From an uncultured Acidobacteriota bacterium (lineage in GTDB: Bacteria > Acidobacteriota > Vicinamibacteria > Fen-336): a stretch of DNA of 64,000 nt. Position 1 is the stretch's first letter, and each line of letters opens with the position of its first letter. The position numbers and the translations under genes are program-made. The stretch spans positions 287,082 through 351,081 of the forward strand of contig CAVSPR010000002.1 in assembly GCA_963729875.1 (NCBI GenBank), given 5' to 3'. Shown in pieces: positions 54,601 to 61,589 of this stretch. A model generated the notes under the pieces. The model did no database searches, was not told the origin of the DNA, and was given only the letters and a program-made list of their open reading frames with translations.

Positions 54601-54816
54601 CTCGGCGCAGAAGCCGAAGCAGCCAACCGGGGCGAGCTGCACGGCGAGCCCGCGCGACTCGATCTCCGAGGAGAAGGCATGGAAGACCGCCTCGGCGCCG
54701 TTGCCGGAGCCGCACGTGCCCATGCCCACGCCGATGCGAGGCCGGCTGGGGAGGAGCTTGGCGAGGCCCGCCTCGCGCACCTCGTTGAACGCGGCGATGT
54801 CCTGGATGAGCGTCAT
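51658..54816 (-). CDS. hoxF: HoxF (NuoF-like NAD(H)/FMN/4Fe-4S diaphorase) fused to a C-terminal GltD-like FeS/FAD/NAD(P)H oxidoreductase module (1052 aa)
   Basis: ATG 54816 (SD aaggaggg; ATGA overlap with hoxE) in ORF 51658..54921. N-terminal Trx-like domain. NuoF blocks GRGGAGYLTGNKW, CNADEGDPGAYMNR, ESCGKCVPCR. From ~residue 560 onward the GltD signature CENSCPIHMNIPRFLQLY...[40 protein letters not shown]...AGGML.Y.LPEYRLPK, VVVIGGGNAAIDAA, YAGGDLV. Confidence 0.9.
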   Translation of the reverse strand: MTLIQDIAAFNEVREAGLAKLLPSRPRIGVGMGTCGSGNGAEAVFHAFSSEIESRGLAVQLAPVGCFGFCAEEPLVNVWVPGRPLLILRRVQPNHVDAILGGLGQGKVPPPELVLCKIEEWDHLTGHVKYGYGYPELPHWHEVPFFKGQVKIVLRNCGLLNPDDIEEYIAVGGYQALYKVLIDANPGAVIEQVKAAKLRGRGGAGYLTGNKWEFLRAAAGPEKYLVCNADEGDPGAYMNRNEIESDPHSLLEGMAIAGYVTGTSKGILYVRAEYPLAVLRLEHAIEQARAYGVLGDNVLGRGFKFDVELVEGAGAFVCGEETALIASLEGHSGRPRPRPPFPAQKGLWGKPTNINNVETWYNVAPIVSKGPVWFTGTGSAKSPGTKVFSLVGKVHSTGLVEMPLGTPIAKFVYDIGAGGTDGREIKAIQTGGPSGGCIPADMFDTAVDYESLAQIGSIMGSGGMVVMDEDNCMVDVARFFIEFTHSESCGKCVPCRVGLDKALRMLNRITEGNGTLADLDSLDELCRMVRDTSLCGLGQSAPNPVLTTLRHFRNEFEDHIRVKRCRAGVCEDLAVSPCENSCPIHMNIPRFLQLYKEGKLEDAFLSVILDNPLPASTGRVCQHPCEDRCRRAAVDEPVNMRDVHRTIADSVLLSDKFEPMVERLVALKKEPTGREVAVVGAGPAGLTCAYYLALLGHAVTVFDSRPEAGGMLRYALPEYRLPKAVLAKELELIERVGVRFQLSSPVGDGVGLNDLAHQYDAVFLAIGTWKESHVQLPGTELAGVLHALPFLEGVARDETLPVGRRVVVIGGGNAAIDAARTARRRGSEVTVIYRRERKDMPAIPDEIEAAEHEGVQFLFLASPHRILGDKQGAVKGIEVVKTKLGEFDTSGRRRPVPTDEVVRVDCNTVILAVGEKVDPGFTKSSGLKLKESGTVEVDRYSMETSRERFYAGGDLVTGASNVTRAMRYGRQAARKIDKRLMGVKRVDSLWPPFEYAMEPPERQSESPRQVPGERAAAERVKSSVEVSLGLVPAAALEETSRCLRCDVRGEDN

Positions 54817-55355
54817 CGGCCGCCCTCCTTCCGCAGCTTGTCCACCTCGCGCATGAGCGCCTGCTCTTTCACGTGGCCGCGGATGGCGTGGTTCACCTCG
54901 ACCACCGGGGCGAGCGCGCACTGGCCGAAGCAGGCCACGGTGCGGATCGTGAACCGGCGGTCCGGGGTGGTGAGGGTGAGCTTGTCGGCGCCGCCCGCCT
55001 CTTCCGGAGGACGGGAAAGGCCGAGCTGGAGCTTCAGGCGCTCGAGGAGCGCGCGCGAGCCGCGGGTGTGGCAGGCGGTCCCCCGGCAGATGCTCACGGT
55101 GTGCGTGCCCTGCGGCTCGAGGTTGAAGAGCGCGTAGAAGGTGGCGACGCTGTAGACCTGCGCCTGGGGGACGCCGGTCCTCGCGGCCACGTACTCGAGC
55201 GTCTCCATGGGGAGGTACTTGTTGCGGTGCTGCTCCTGCAGCTTCTCGAGCACGCTGAGGAGCGAGCCGGGGCGGCCGCCCTGCTCCGCGATGACGCGGT
55301 CGAGGAGGTCCTGGTCCTCTACGCGCGGCAGCGCCGTCGCCAGGCTGGTGGTCAT
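54813..55355 (-). CDS. hoxE: diaphorase 2Fe-2S subunit HoxE (NuoE-like)
   Basis: 180 aa. LLSVLEKLQEQHR.YLP, ICRGTACHTRGS, ACFGQCALAPVV. Confidence 0.92.
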   Translation of the reverse strand: MTTSLATALPRVEDQDLLDRVIAEQGGRPGSLLSVLEKLQEQHRNKYLPMETLEYVAARTGVPQAQVYSVATFYALFNLEPQGTHTVSICRGTACHTRGSRALLERLKLQLGLSRPPEEAGGADKLTLTTPDRRFTIRTVACFGQCALAPVVEVNHAIRGHVKEQALMREVDKLRKEGGR

Positions 55356-55533
55356 CGAGGCCTCCGAGCGCGCCGTCGTCGGCGGGCCGGGGTCGGTTGG
55401 TTCGATTGGCCCGGATGGCGAACGGCGATCAACCGTAATCGTAGGCCTCGCACGCGGCCACGCGACAGGGCCGTATGTACGGGGATGATGGTGGATCCGA
55501 TGGTTCAGGATCGGCCGTAATGGATCAGATGCA

Positions 55534-55567
55534 CCCTCGGCACCTCAGTCCGGCGAGGTGCCGAGGG
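55534..55567. other. perfect 13-bp stem / 8-nt loop hairpin in the 416-nt hoxE-glycosyltransferase intergenic region
   Basis: ccctcggcacctc (55534..55546) / agtccggc / gaggtgccgaggg (55555..55567). A second hairpin, cgagggggt-tcc-accccctcg, lies at 55681..55701. Confidence 0.55.
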
Positions 55568-55759
55568 AGTTGCCGCTTGGCCGACTCGTCTGCCCCAGAG
55601 CCCTGGGGAGAGCTCGTAGTCCTGCACCCTGCGGAGTGGCAGCCATCAAAGCCCACGGCGGTCGCCAGCTTCCTCTGAGACGAGGGGGTTCCACCCCCTC
55701 GAGCACCCCCCGGTTGCGACGCCCAAGGATCGGCGTGAACGTGTGGCTGGCTCCTGGCG

Positions 55760-55765
55760 TATAAC
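55760..55765 (+). promoter_or_regulatory. putative -10 box TATAAC 6 nt upstream of the glycosyltransferase ATG (leaderless geometry)
   Basis: tggcgTATAACccacagATG. Same -10-to-start spacing as at vapB. No SD is possible, and the -35 is weak. Confidence 0.3.
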
Positions 55766-55771
55766 CCACAG

Positions 55772-57310
55772 ATGGCCCGCAAGGTCCCATGGCTCGCCGG
55801 CGGTCTGGGCGTGGTGATGGCGATCGCGGCGGCGAAGCTGGGGCTGCACCTCGCGACCGCCTCCCGCTACGGCTACTTTGGCGACGAGCTGTACTTCCTC
55901 GCGTGCGGCGAGCACCTCGACTGGGGCTACGTGGACCACCCGCCCCTCGTCGGCCTGATGGCCTGGGTGGTGAGCCGCACCCTCGGGACCTCGCTCCTCG
56001 CCATCCGTTCCGTGTCCGCGGTGGCCGGGGCGGCGCTCGTCCTGCTCACCGGACTCCTCGCCCGCGAGCTCGGCGGCGGACGGTTCGCCATGGGCCTCTC
56101 CTCGCTCGCGAGCGCTCTCGCCTCCGTCTACGTCGTGATGCACTACCTCTTCACGATGAACGCGCTCGAGCCCCTCTTCTGGACGGGATGTGCCTTCCTC
56201 GTCGTCCGGGTCGTCAAGACCGGCAACCAGAAGCTCTGGCTCTGGTTCGGCCTGCTGGCCGGGCTCGGCCTGCAGAACAAGTACTCGATGGCGGTCTACG
56301 GGCTCGGCCTCGTGGCGGGCCTCGTCCTGAGCCCGCAGCGCCAGGCGCTGAAGAAGCCCTGGATCTGGCTGGGGGGTGCCCTCGCCGGGCTCGTGTTCCT
56401 GCCCAACGTGCTGTGGAACCAGGCCCACGGCTGGCCGTTCCTCGTCTTCGAGCGGAACCTCCGCGAGCACGGGCGCGACGTGGTCCTCGCGCCGCTCGAG
56501 TACGTCGCCCACCAGGTCCTGAACGCGAACCCGGCGAGCCTCCCGATCTGGCTGGCCGGGCTCGCCTGGCTTCTCGCCTCGAAGCGGGGGCGCGCGTTCC
56601 GGCCGCTGGGGACGGCCTTCCTCGTCACCCTCGCCTTCTTCATCCTCGCCAAGGGCAAGGACTACTACGTGACCCCGGCCTTCGCCACGCTCTTCGCGGC
56701 GGGTGGCGTGGCGCTCGAGGCCTTCACCGCCGGCGGGTGGCGCGCGCGCCTGCGCCCCGTCCTCGTCCTGCTGTTCGCCCTGACCCTGCCCTTCCTGCCC
56801 TTCGTCCTGCCGATCCTCTCCCCCGAGGGGCTGATCGCCTACCAGGAGGGGCTCGGGATCACGCTGCCCGCCACCGAGAAGGCCCACGCGCAGGCCGCCC
56901 TGCCCCACCACTTCGCCTGGCAGTTCGGCTGGGACGAGAGGGTGGCGGCCGTGGCTCTCACCTACCACGCGATGCCGCCCGAGGAGCAGTCCCGGGTCGC
57001 GATCATCGCGAACAACTACGGCGACTCCGGGGCCATCGATCTCCTCGGCCCGAGGTACGGCCTGCCGATGAAGGCGCTCGGCACGCACGTCTCCTACTGG
57101 CTCTGGGGGCCGGGCGAGGCGTCGAAGGACGTCTTCATCGTCCTCGGGGACCGGCCGGAGAGACTGCAGCGGTTGTGCGGGGACGTCGAGGTCGCGGCCG
57201 AGCCGTACCACCCCTGGACGGCGGTCTGGGAGAACCGGCCCGTCCTCGTGTGCCGCCGGCCGCGCCTGTCGCTGCCTGAGCTCTGGCCGAAGGTCCGGAT
57301 CTGGGGCTGA
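55772..57310 (+). CDS. GT39/GT83-type (ArnT/PMT-like) membrane glycosyltransferase
   Basis: 512 aa, about 12 TM segments. N-terminal loop motif YFGDELYFLACGEHLDWGYVDHPPLVGLMAW (DE/DxD-like). C-terminal soluble domain. Confidence 0.85.
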   Translation: MARKVPWLAGGLGVVMAIAAAKLGLHLATASRYGYFGDELYFLACGEHLDWGYVDHPPLVGLMAWVVSRTLGTSLLAIRSVSAVAGAALVLLTGLLARELGGGRFAMGLSSLASALASVYVVMHYLFTMNALEPLFWTGCAFLVVRVVKTGNQKLWLWFGLLAGLGLQNKYSMAVYGLGLVAGLVLSPQRQALKKPWIWLGGALAGLVFLPNVLWNQAHGWPFLVFERNLREHGRDVVLAPLEYVAHQVLNANPASLPIWLAGLAWLLASKRGRAFRPLGTAFLVTLAFFILAKGKDYYVTPAFATLFAAGGVALEAFTAGGWRARLRPVLVLLFALTLPFLPFVLPILSPEGLIAYQEGLGITLPATEKAHAQAALPHHFAWQFGWDERVAAVALTYHAMPPEEQSRVAIIANNYGDSGAIDLLGPRYGLPMKALGTHVSYWLWGPGEASKDVFIVLGDRPERLQRLCGDVEVAAEPYHPWTAVWENRPVLVCRRPRLSLPELWPKVRIWG

Positions 57311-57377
57311 CGAGGACCCCGGGGGGCCGGGCGTGGGACGGATCCAGTCCCGTATCATTGGGAGTCGCGGGGTGGAC

Positions 57378-58196
57378 ATGAGCTACGGCGTCTCCGAAGA
57401 CCGGCTGGTCGAGATCGCGTGCCCACGGGCGGCGGGGAGGATCGTCGTCGACGGCGACCTCGCGAAGCCCGCGTGGCGCGACGCCCGCCGCTCGCCCCGC
57501 TTCGTGGACATGGTGAGCGGGGAGCCCGCGCTCTACGAGACGCGGGTCGCCTGCCAGTGGGACGACGAGCGCTTCTACGTTGCCTACTGGGTGGAGGAGC
57601 CGCAGGTTCGGGCCACCCTCACCGAGCGTGACAGCTTCATCTGGAACGACAACGACGTCGAGATCTTCGTGGCCGGCGACGACTGCTACTACGAGCTCGA
57701 GATCAACTCGTTCGGCACGGTCTACGAGGCCTTCTTCGTCTGGCAGGACGCGCTGAAGCGGGGGAGCCGCTTCGACCGCCCCGAGCTCGACCTCTACTCG
57801 CGCGACGTCGACGTTCTGGGCGGCTTCCAGGACGCGAGCCGCTGGCGCCGTCACCCCCGCGGCCGGCGCTTCGCCTTCCTCGACTTCGACCTCGCGGGGC
57901 TCGAGACCGCGGTGAAGGTGGACGGCCGGATCAACGACCCGACGACCACCGACCGCGGCTGGACGGTCGAGATGGCGCTGCCGTGGAAGAGCCTGGCCTT
58001 CCTCTTCGACGGGCGGACCCTTCCGCCAGAGGAAGGAGAGACGCTGCGCTGCGACTTCTCGCGGTTCGAGGCCGTGCGCGTCCACGGCAAGCCGCTCCCG
58101 GAGAACCCCGGCTGGAGCCTCAACCCCCACGGGGTGTACGACTCCCACATCCCCGAGAGCTTCAGCGTCGTCCGCTTCACGACACGGCGCGGCTGA
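57378..58196 (+). CDS. carbohydrate-binding family 9 (CBM9/DOMON-like) protein, paralogue of 22096..22773
   Basis: ATG 57378 in ORF 57333..58196. DGDLAKPAWRDARRSPRF, NDNDVEIFVAGDDCYYELEINSFGT, GWTVEMALPW. Confidence 0.75.
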   Translation: MSYGVSEDRLVEIACPRAAGRIVVDGDLAKPAWRDARRSPRFVDMVSGEPALYETRVACQWDDERFYVAYWVEEPQVRATLTERDSFIWNDNDVEIFVAGDDCYYELEINSFGTVYEAFFVWQDALKRGSRFDRPELDLYSRDVDVLGGFQDASRWRRHPRGRRFAFLDFDLAGLETAVKVDGRINDPTTTDRGWTVEMALPWKSLAFLFDGRTLPPEEGETLRCDFSRFEAVRVHGKPLPENPGWSLNPHGVYDSHIPESFSVVRFTTRRG

Positions 58197-59070
58197 GTCC
58201 GGTGGGCCGCGGCTCGCCCCGCGGCCCAGGGGCGACGACGCGCGGCAGCTGGCGCCGCGCGAGGGCGGAGAGCACGGCGTCGTTCCAGCCCCGCGGCCCG
58301 CCCTGCCAGGCGCGCTCGGCCCGCGGGACCCCGGCGGCGAGCGACGGCTCGATCCGGCCCCCGGGGCCGGGCAGCACGATCGGGTGGTGCACGGCGCGCA
58401 GCATTGGCAGGTCGATCGGCCACGCCCCGAGCCCGATCGCCTCCGGCATCCCCCCGCCGCGCTCGTAGAGCGCGAGCAGGGTGCGTACGGCGAGGCCCTT
58501 GTCGGCCCCGCCGCACAGGTGCCAGAAGCTCTGGGCCCGCAAGAGGCGCAGGCCGCGGGCCTCCGCCGCCCGGGCGAGGGCCGCCTGCTCCTCCTCCTCC
58601 CCCTCGATCAGGAAGGGTTCGGTGTGCTCTCTCGCGGTCGTCGCGGGCCCGAACAGGTTCGCGAACGCGCCGCGTCGCCTCCGCTCGCCGTCGGTCAGGT
58701 CGGAGAGCAGTCGCACCCCGACCCCGGCCACGGCCGCGACCTCCTCGAGCGAGCGGCGCAGCGTCTCGCGGGGCGGACCCAGCCGGAGGACGTGCCACTC
58801 TCCGTCCGGCTCCCCGCCCGGCACCCCGCCCCGCAGGTGCCCCGCGGGTACGGCGAGCACGGCGCCGTTCTCGGCGATGAAGGGCGCGCCGAGGCCGAAG
58901 ACCCGCGACACGAAGGCCACCTCCGCGCGCGTGCGGCCGCTGCACAGGACGAGCGGGACGCCGAGGCGCCCGAGGGCGGCGACGGCGGGCCGCGCCGGGT
59001 CGTAGTCCCGGGTCAGCGGGTCGACGAGGCCCCCGTCGATGCCGCTCACCACCACGCGGTCGGGGGTCAC
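58177..59070 (-). CDS. mannosyl-3-phosphoglycerate phosphatase-like HAD-IIB protein with degenerate motif I
   Basis: GTG 59070 (GTGA overlap with the rnk stop) in ORF 58177..59547. VVVSGIDGGLVDPLTRDYDPARPAVAALGRLGVPLVLCSGRTRAEV...PFIAENGAVL aligns by recall with E. coli YedP (LLVFSDLDGTLLD...VPVILCSSKTSAEM...PLIAENGAVI). The motif I nucleophile Asp is Gly here. Confidence 0.75.
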   Translation of the reverse strand: MTPDRVVVSGIDGGLVDPLTRDYDPARPAVAALGRLGVPLVLCSGRTRAEVAFVSRVFGLGAPFIAENGAVLAVPAGHLRGGVPGGEPDGEWHVLRLGPPRETLRRSLEEVAAVAGVGVRLLSDLTDGERRRRGAFANLFGPATTAREHTEPFLIEGEEEEQAALARAAEARGLRLLRAQSFWHLCGGADKGLAVRTLLALYERGGGMPEAIGLGAWPIDLPMLRAVHHPIVLPGPGGRIEPSLAAGVPRAERAWQGGPRGWNDAVLSALARRQLPRVVAPGPRGEPRPTGLSRAVS

Positions 59071-59507
59071 GACTCGACGACCCTTCGCGGCCGCACGGCG
59101 GCCTCGGGCTGGTGGAGCAGCTTCTCGATCTTCAGCACCCGCACGCCGCCCGGGACGGGCCACTCGACGACGTCGCCCTCGCGGTAACCGAGGAGGGCGG
59201 TGCCGATCGGGGCGAGGACCGAGAGCCGGCCGGCCTCGAGATTGGCCTCGACGGGATAGCAGAGGGTGTAGGTGGCCGTCTGCCCGCTGACCATGTCGAG
59301 CACGCGGACGCGGGAGCGCATGGTGACCACGTCCGGGGGGACGCTCTCGGGATCGACGACCTCCGCGTCCTCGAGCTCCTCGGCGAGGGCGACGAGGTGC
59401 AGCTCCTCCCAGCGCCGCCGGGCGCGGGACGTCTCCACGAGACGGCGCAGCCTCTCGTGGTCCGGACGCGTGACGACGATCGGACGCTCTTCCCTGGCTC
59501 CCACCAT
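59067..59507 (-). CDS. rnk: GreA/GreB-family protein, Rnk (regulator of nucleoside diphosphate kinase)-like
   Basis: 146 aa. VPPDVVTMRSRVRVLDMVSGQTATYTLCYPVEAN...LSVLAPIGTALLGYREGDVVEWPVPGG...LHQPEAA closely parallels Rnk. Confidence 0.85.
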   Translation of the reverse strand: MVGAREERPIVVTRPDHERLRRLVETSRARRRWEELHLVALAEELEDAEVVDPESVPPDVVTMRSRVRVLDMVSGQTATYTLCYPVEANLEAGRLSVLAPIGTALLGYREGDVVEWPVPGGVRVLKIEKLLHQPEAAVRPRRVVES

Positions 59508-59635
59508 GACTCTCCCTTTCGAGACACGTCACCCCGCGACGAACCACCCTCTGTCTCCAAGCTAAGCGAGGGCTGACGATTCGACAATGAGAAAGTGTTA
59601 GCGCATCCTTTCGATCAGAGCGAAAGGAGCCTCGA

Positions 59636-60565
59636 GTGGAGTGGCTGAACTACCACCACCTTCTCTACTTCTGGACGGTGGCCCGCGCCGGGGGCGTGGC
59701 GGCGGCGGCCGAGGAGCTTCGTCTGGCTCCCTCGACGGTGAGCGTGCAGGTCCGGCGGCTCGAGGACAGCCTGTCGGAGAGGCTGTTCCGAAAGGCCGGG
59801 CGGCGGCTCGCGCTCACCGAGATGGGCCGCCTCGTCTATGACTACGCGGACGAGATCTTCTCCGCCGGGCGGGAGATGGTGGAGGCCGTCCGGGGGCGCC
59901 CCACCGGGCGGCCGATCCGGCTCGTGGTCGGCGTGGCCGACGTGGTGGAGAAGCTGGTGGCGCAACGGCTCATCGAGCCCGCGCTGCGCCTCGCCGAGCC
60001 GGTGCGGGTGGTCTGCCGCGAGGCCAGCCCCGCGCAGCTCCTCGAGGGGCTCGCTCTCCACACGCTCGACGTGCTGATCACCGACGCGCCGGTGGGCCCC
60101 GAGGTGCGGGTCCGGGCCTACAACCACCTCCTCGGGGAGAGCGGGGTGAGCTTCGTGGCCACCCCCGCGCTCGCCGCCGCCTGCCGCCGGGGCTTCCCGC
60201 GATCGCTCGACGGCCGGCCCATGCTCCTGCCCACCGCGAACATGGCCATTCGGCGCAGCCTCGACCAGTGGCTCGAGGAGCGGGGGATCCGGCCCCGCGT
60301 GGTCGGGGAGTTCGAGGACGGGGCCCTCCTCCGGGAGTTCGGGACCGCCGGCCACGGCGTCTTCGTGACGCCCACGATGGTCGAGAAGCCGCTCCTGCGG
60401 GCCTACCGCCTCCGCACGGTGGGGCGGACGGAAGCCGTCCGTGCGCGGGTCTACGGCGTCTCGGCGGAGCGGCGCATCAAGAACCCGGGGGTGGCCGCCA
60501 TCTGCGACGCGGCGCGGACGGGCCTCGTCGACCGCCGCCAGGAGCACTCCCGTAGAATGCGGTGA
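59636..60565 (+). CDS. LysR-family transcriptional regulator, NhaR-like
   Basis: 309 aa, GTG start. MEWLNYHHLLYFWTVARAGGVAAAAEELRLAPSTVSVQVRRLEDSLSERLFRKAGRRLALTEMGRLVYDYADEIF parallels the NhaR N-terminal wHTH. The SD lies in the 3' arm of the hairpin cctttcg-atcagag-cgaaagg. Confidence 0.88.
   Translation: MEWLNYHHLLYFWTVARAGGVAAAAEELRLAPSTVSVQVRRLEDSLSERLFRKAGRRLALTEMGRLVYDYADEIFSAGREMVEAVRGRPTGRPIRLVVGVADVVEKLVAQRLIEPALRLAEPVRVVCREASPAQLLEGLALHTLDVLITDAPVGPEVRVRAYNHLLGESGVSFVATPALAAACRRGFPRSLDGRPMLLPTANMAIRRSLDQWLEERGIRPRVVGEFEDGALLREFGTAGHGVFVTPTMVEKPLLRAYRLRTVGRTEAVRARVYGVSAERRIKNPGVAAICDAARTGLVDRRQEHSRRMR
60542..60561 (+). repeat. 20-nt exact repeat copy A (gagcactcccgTAGAATgcg), 18 nt upstream of ATG 60579
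   Basis: Identical 20-mer at 62716..62735. Contains a TAGAAT -10-like hexamer. Overlaps the last codons of the LysR gene. Confidence 0.9.
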
Positions 60566-60578
60566 GGAGATTCCGGCC

Positions 60579-61583
60579 ATGCCAAGGAACCAGCAGTGGC
60601 GTCTCGTGGCCCGTCCGCAGGGGCTCTTCAAGGAGTCGGACTTCCGGTGGGTCGAGGAGGAGACTCCGCCGCTCGAGGACGGCCAGGCGCTCGTGCGCAC
60701 CGTCTACCTTTCGCTCGATCCCACGAACCGCGGCTGGGCGGCGGGCGACACGTACCTGCCGGCGGTGCCGCTCGACGGCGTGATGCGCGGCATCGCGATC
60801 GGGCGCGTCGAGGAGTCCCGCGCGCCCGGCCTCGCTCCCGGCGACGTGGTGCAGGGCCTTCTCGGCTGGCAACGCTACGCGGTCCTCCCGGCCACCCAGC
60901 TCACGAAGCTGCCGCCCATCCCCCTGCCGCTCTCGGCCCACCTCGGTCTCCTCGGCCACATCGGCCTCACCGCGTGGGTGGGCCTCCTGCAGGTCGGCCA
61001 GCCGAAGGAAGGCGAGACGCTCGTCGTCTCGGCGGCGGCGGGCGCGGTCGGCTCGCTCGTCGGCCAGATCGGGAAGATCAAGGGCATGCGGGTCGTGGGG
61101 ATCGCCGGGACCGAGGACAAGTGCCGGTGGCTCACCGGGGAGCTGGGCTTCGACGCCGTGGTCAACTACAAGAAGCGGCCGGTCCTCGCCGGGCTCCGCC
61201 GCGAGTGCCCGAACGGCATCGACGTCTACTTCGACAACGTGGGCGGGGACACGCTCGACGCGGTCCTGTCCCTCATCAACCTGCGCGCCCGCATCGTCGT
61301 CTGCGGGCTGATCTCGCAGTACAACGCCGAAGCTCCCGTGGCGGGGCCGAAGAACCTGTCCAACCTCCTCGTGAGGCGGGCCCGGATGGAGGGGTTCATC
61401 GTCCTCGACCACGTGGACCAGGCGGGGAAGGCCGCAGCCGACCTCATCCGCTGGCACCTGGCGGGGAAGCTCCAGTACCGCCTCGACGTCGTGCACGGCC
61501 TCGAGAAGGCGCCGCTCGCCGTCAACCGGCTCTTCGACGGCTCGAACACCGGCAAGCTCGTGGTGCGGGTGTCGGAGGAGTAG
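60579..61583 (+). CDS. NADP-dependent oxidoreductase, MDR superfamily (YncB/CurA / alkenal reductase-like)
   Basis: ATG 60579 in ORF 60441..61583. WRLVARPQGLFKESDFRWVEEETPPLEDGQALVRTVYLSLDP, GLTAWVGLLQVGQPKEGETLVVSAAAGAVGSLVGQI, FDNVGG, GKLVVRV. Confidence 0.9.
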   Translation: MPRNQQWRLVARPQGLFKESDFRWVEEETPPLEDGQALVRTVYLSLDPTNRGWAAGDTYLPAVPLDGVMRGIAIGRVEESRAPGLAPGDVVQGLLGWQRYAVLPATQLTKLPPIPLPLSAHLGLLGHIGLTAWVGLLQVGQPKEGETLVVSAAAGAVGSLVGQIGKIKGMRVVGIAGTEDKCRWLTGELGFDAVVNYKKRPVLAGLRRECPNGIDVYFDNVGGDTLDAVLSLINLRARIVVCGLISQYNAEAPVAGPKNLSNLLVRRARMEGFIVLDHVDQAGKAAADLIRWHLAGKLQYRLDVVHGLEKAPLAVNRLFDGSNTGKLVVRVSEE

Positions 61584-61589
61584 CGGGCC

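Noticed and set aside
51547-55137. 1196-aa plus-strand ORF and 1024-aa minus-strand ORF (51641..54715) over the hox operon
   Set aside because: They are antisense or off-frame to the HoxF-GltD and HoxE genes, which have clear cofactor-binding motifs. Their composition is Arg/Gly/Pro/Asp-dominated and they have no motifs.
55475-55790. Short ORFs (67-85 aa, both strands) inside the hoxE-glycosyltransferase intergenic region
   Set aside because: They have no SD and no conserved motif, their products are Arg/Gly/Pro-rich, and they overlap one another in several frames. They are better treated as non-coding regulatory or structured RNA space.
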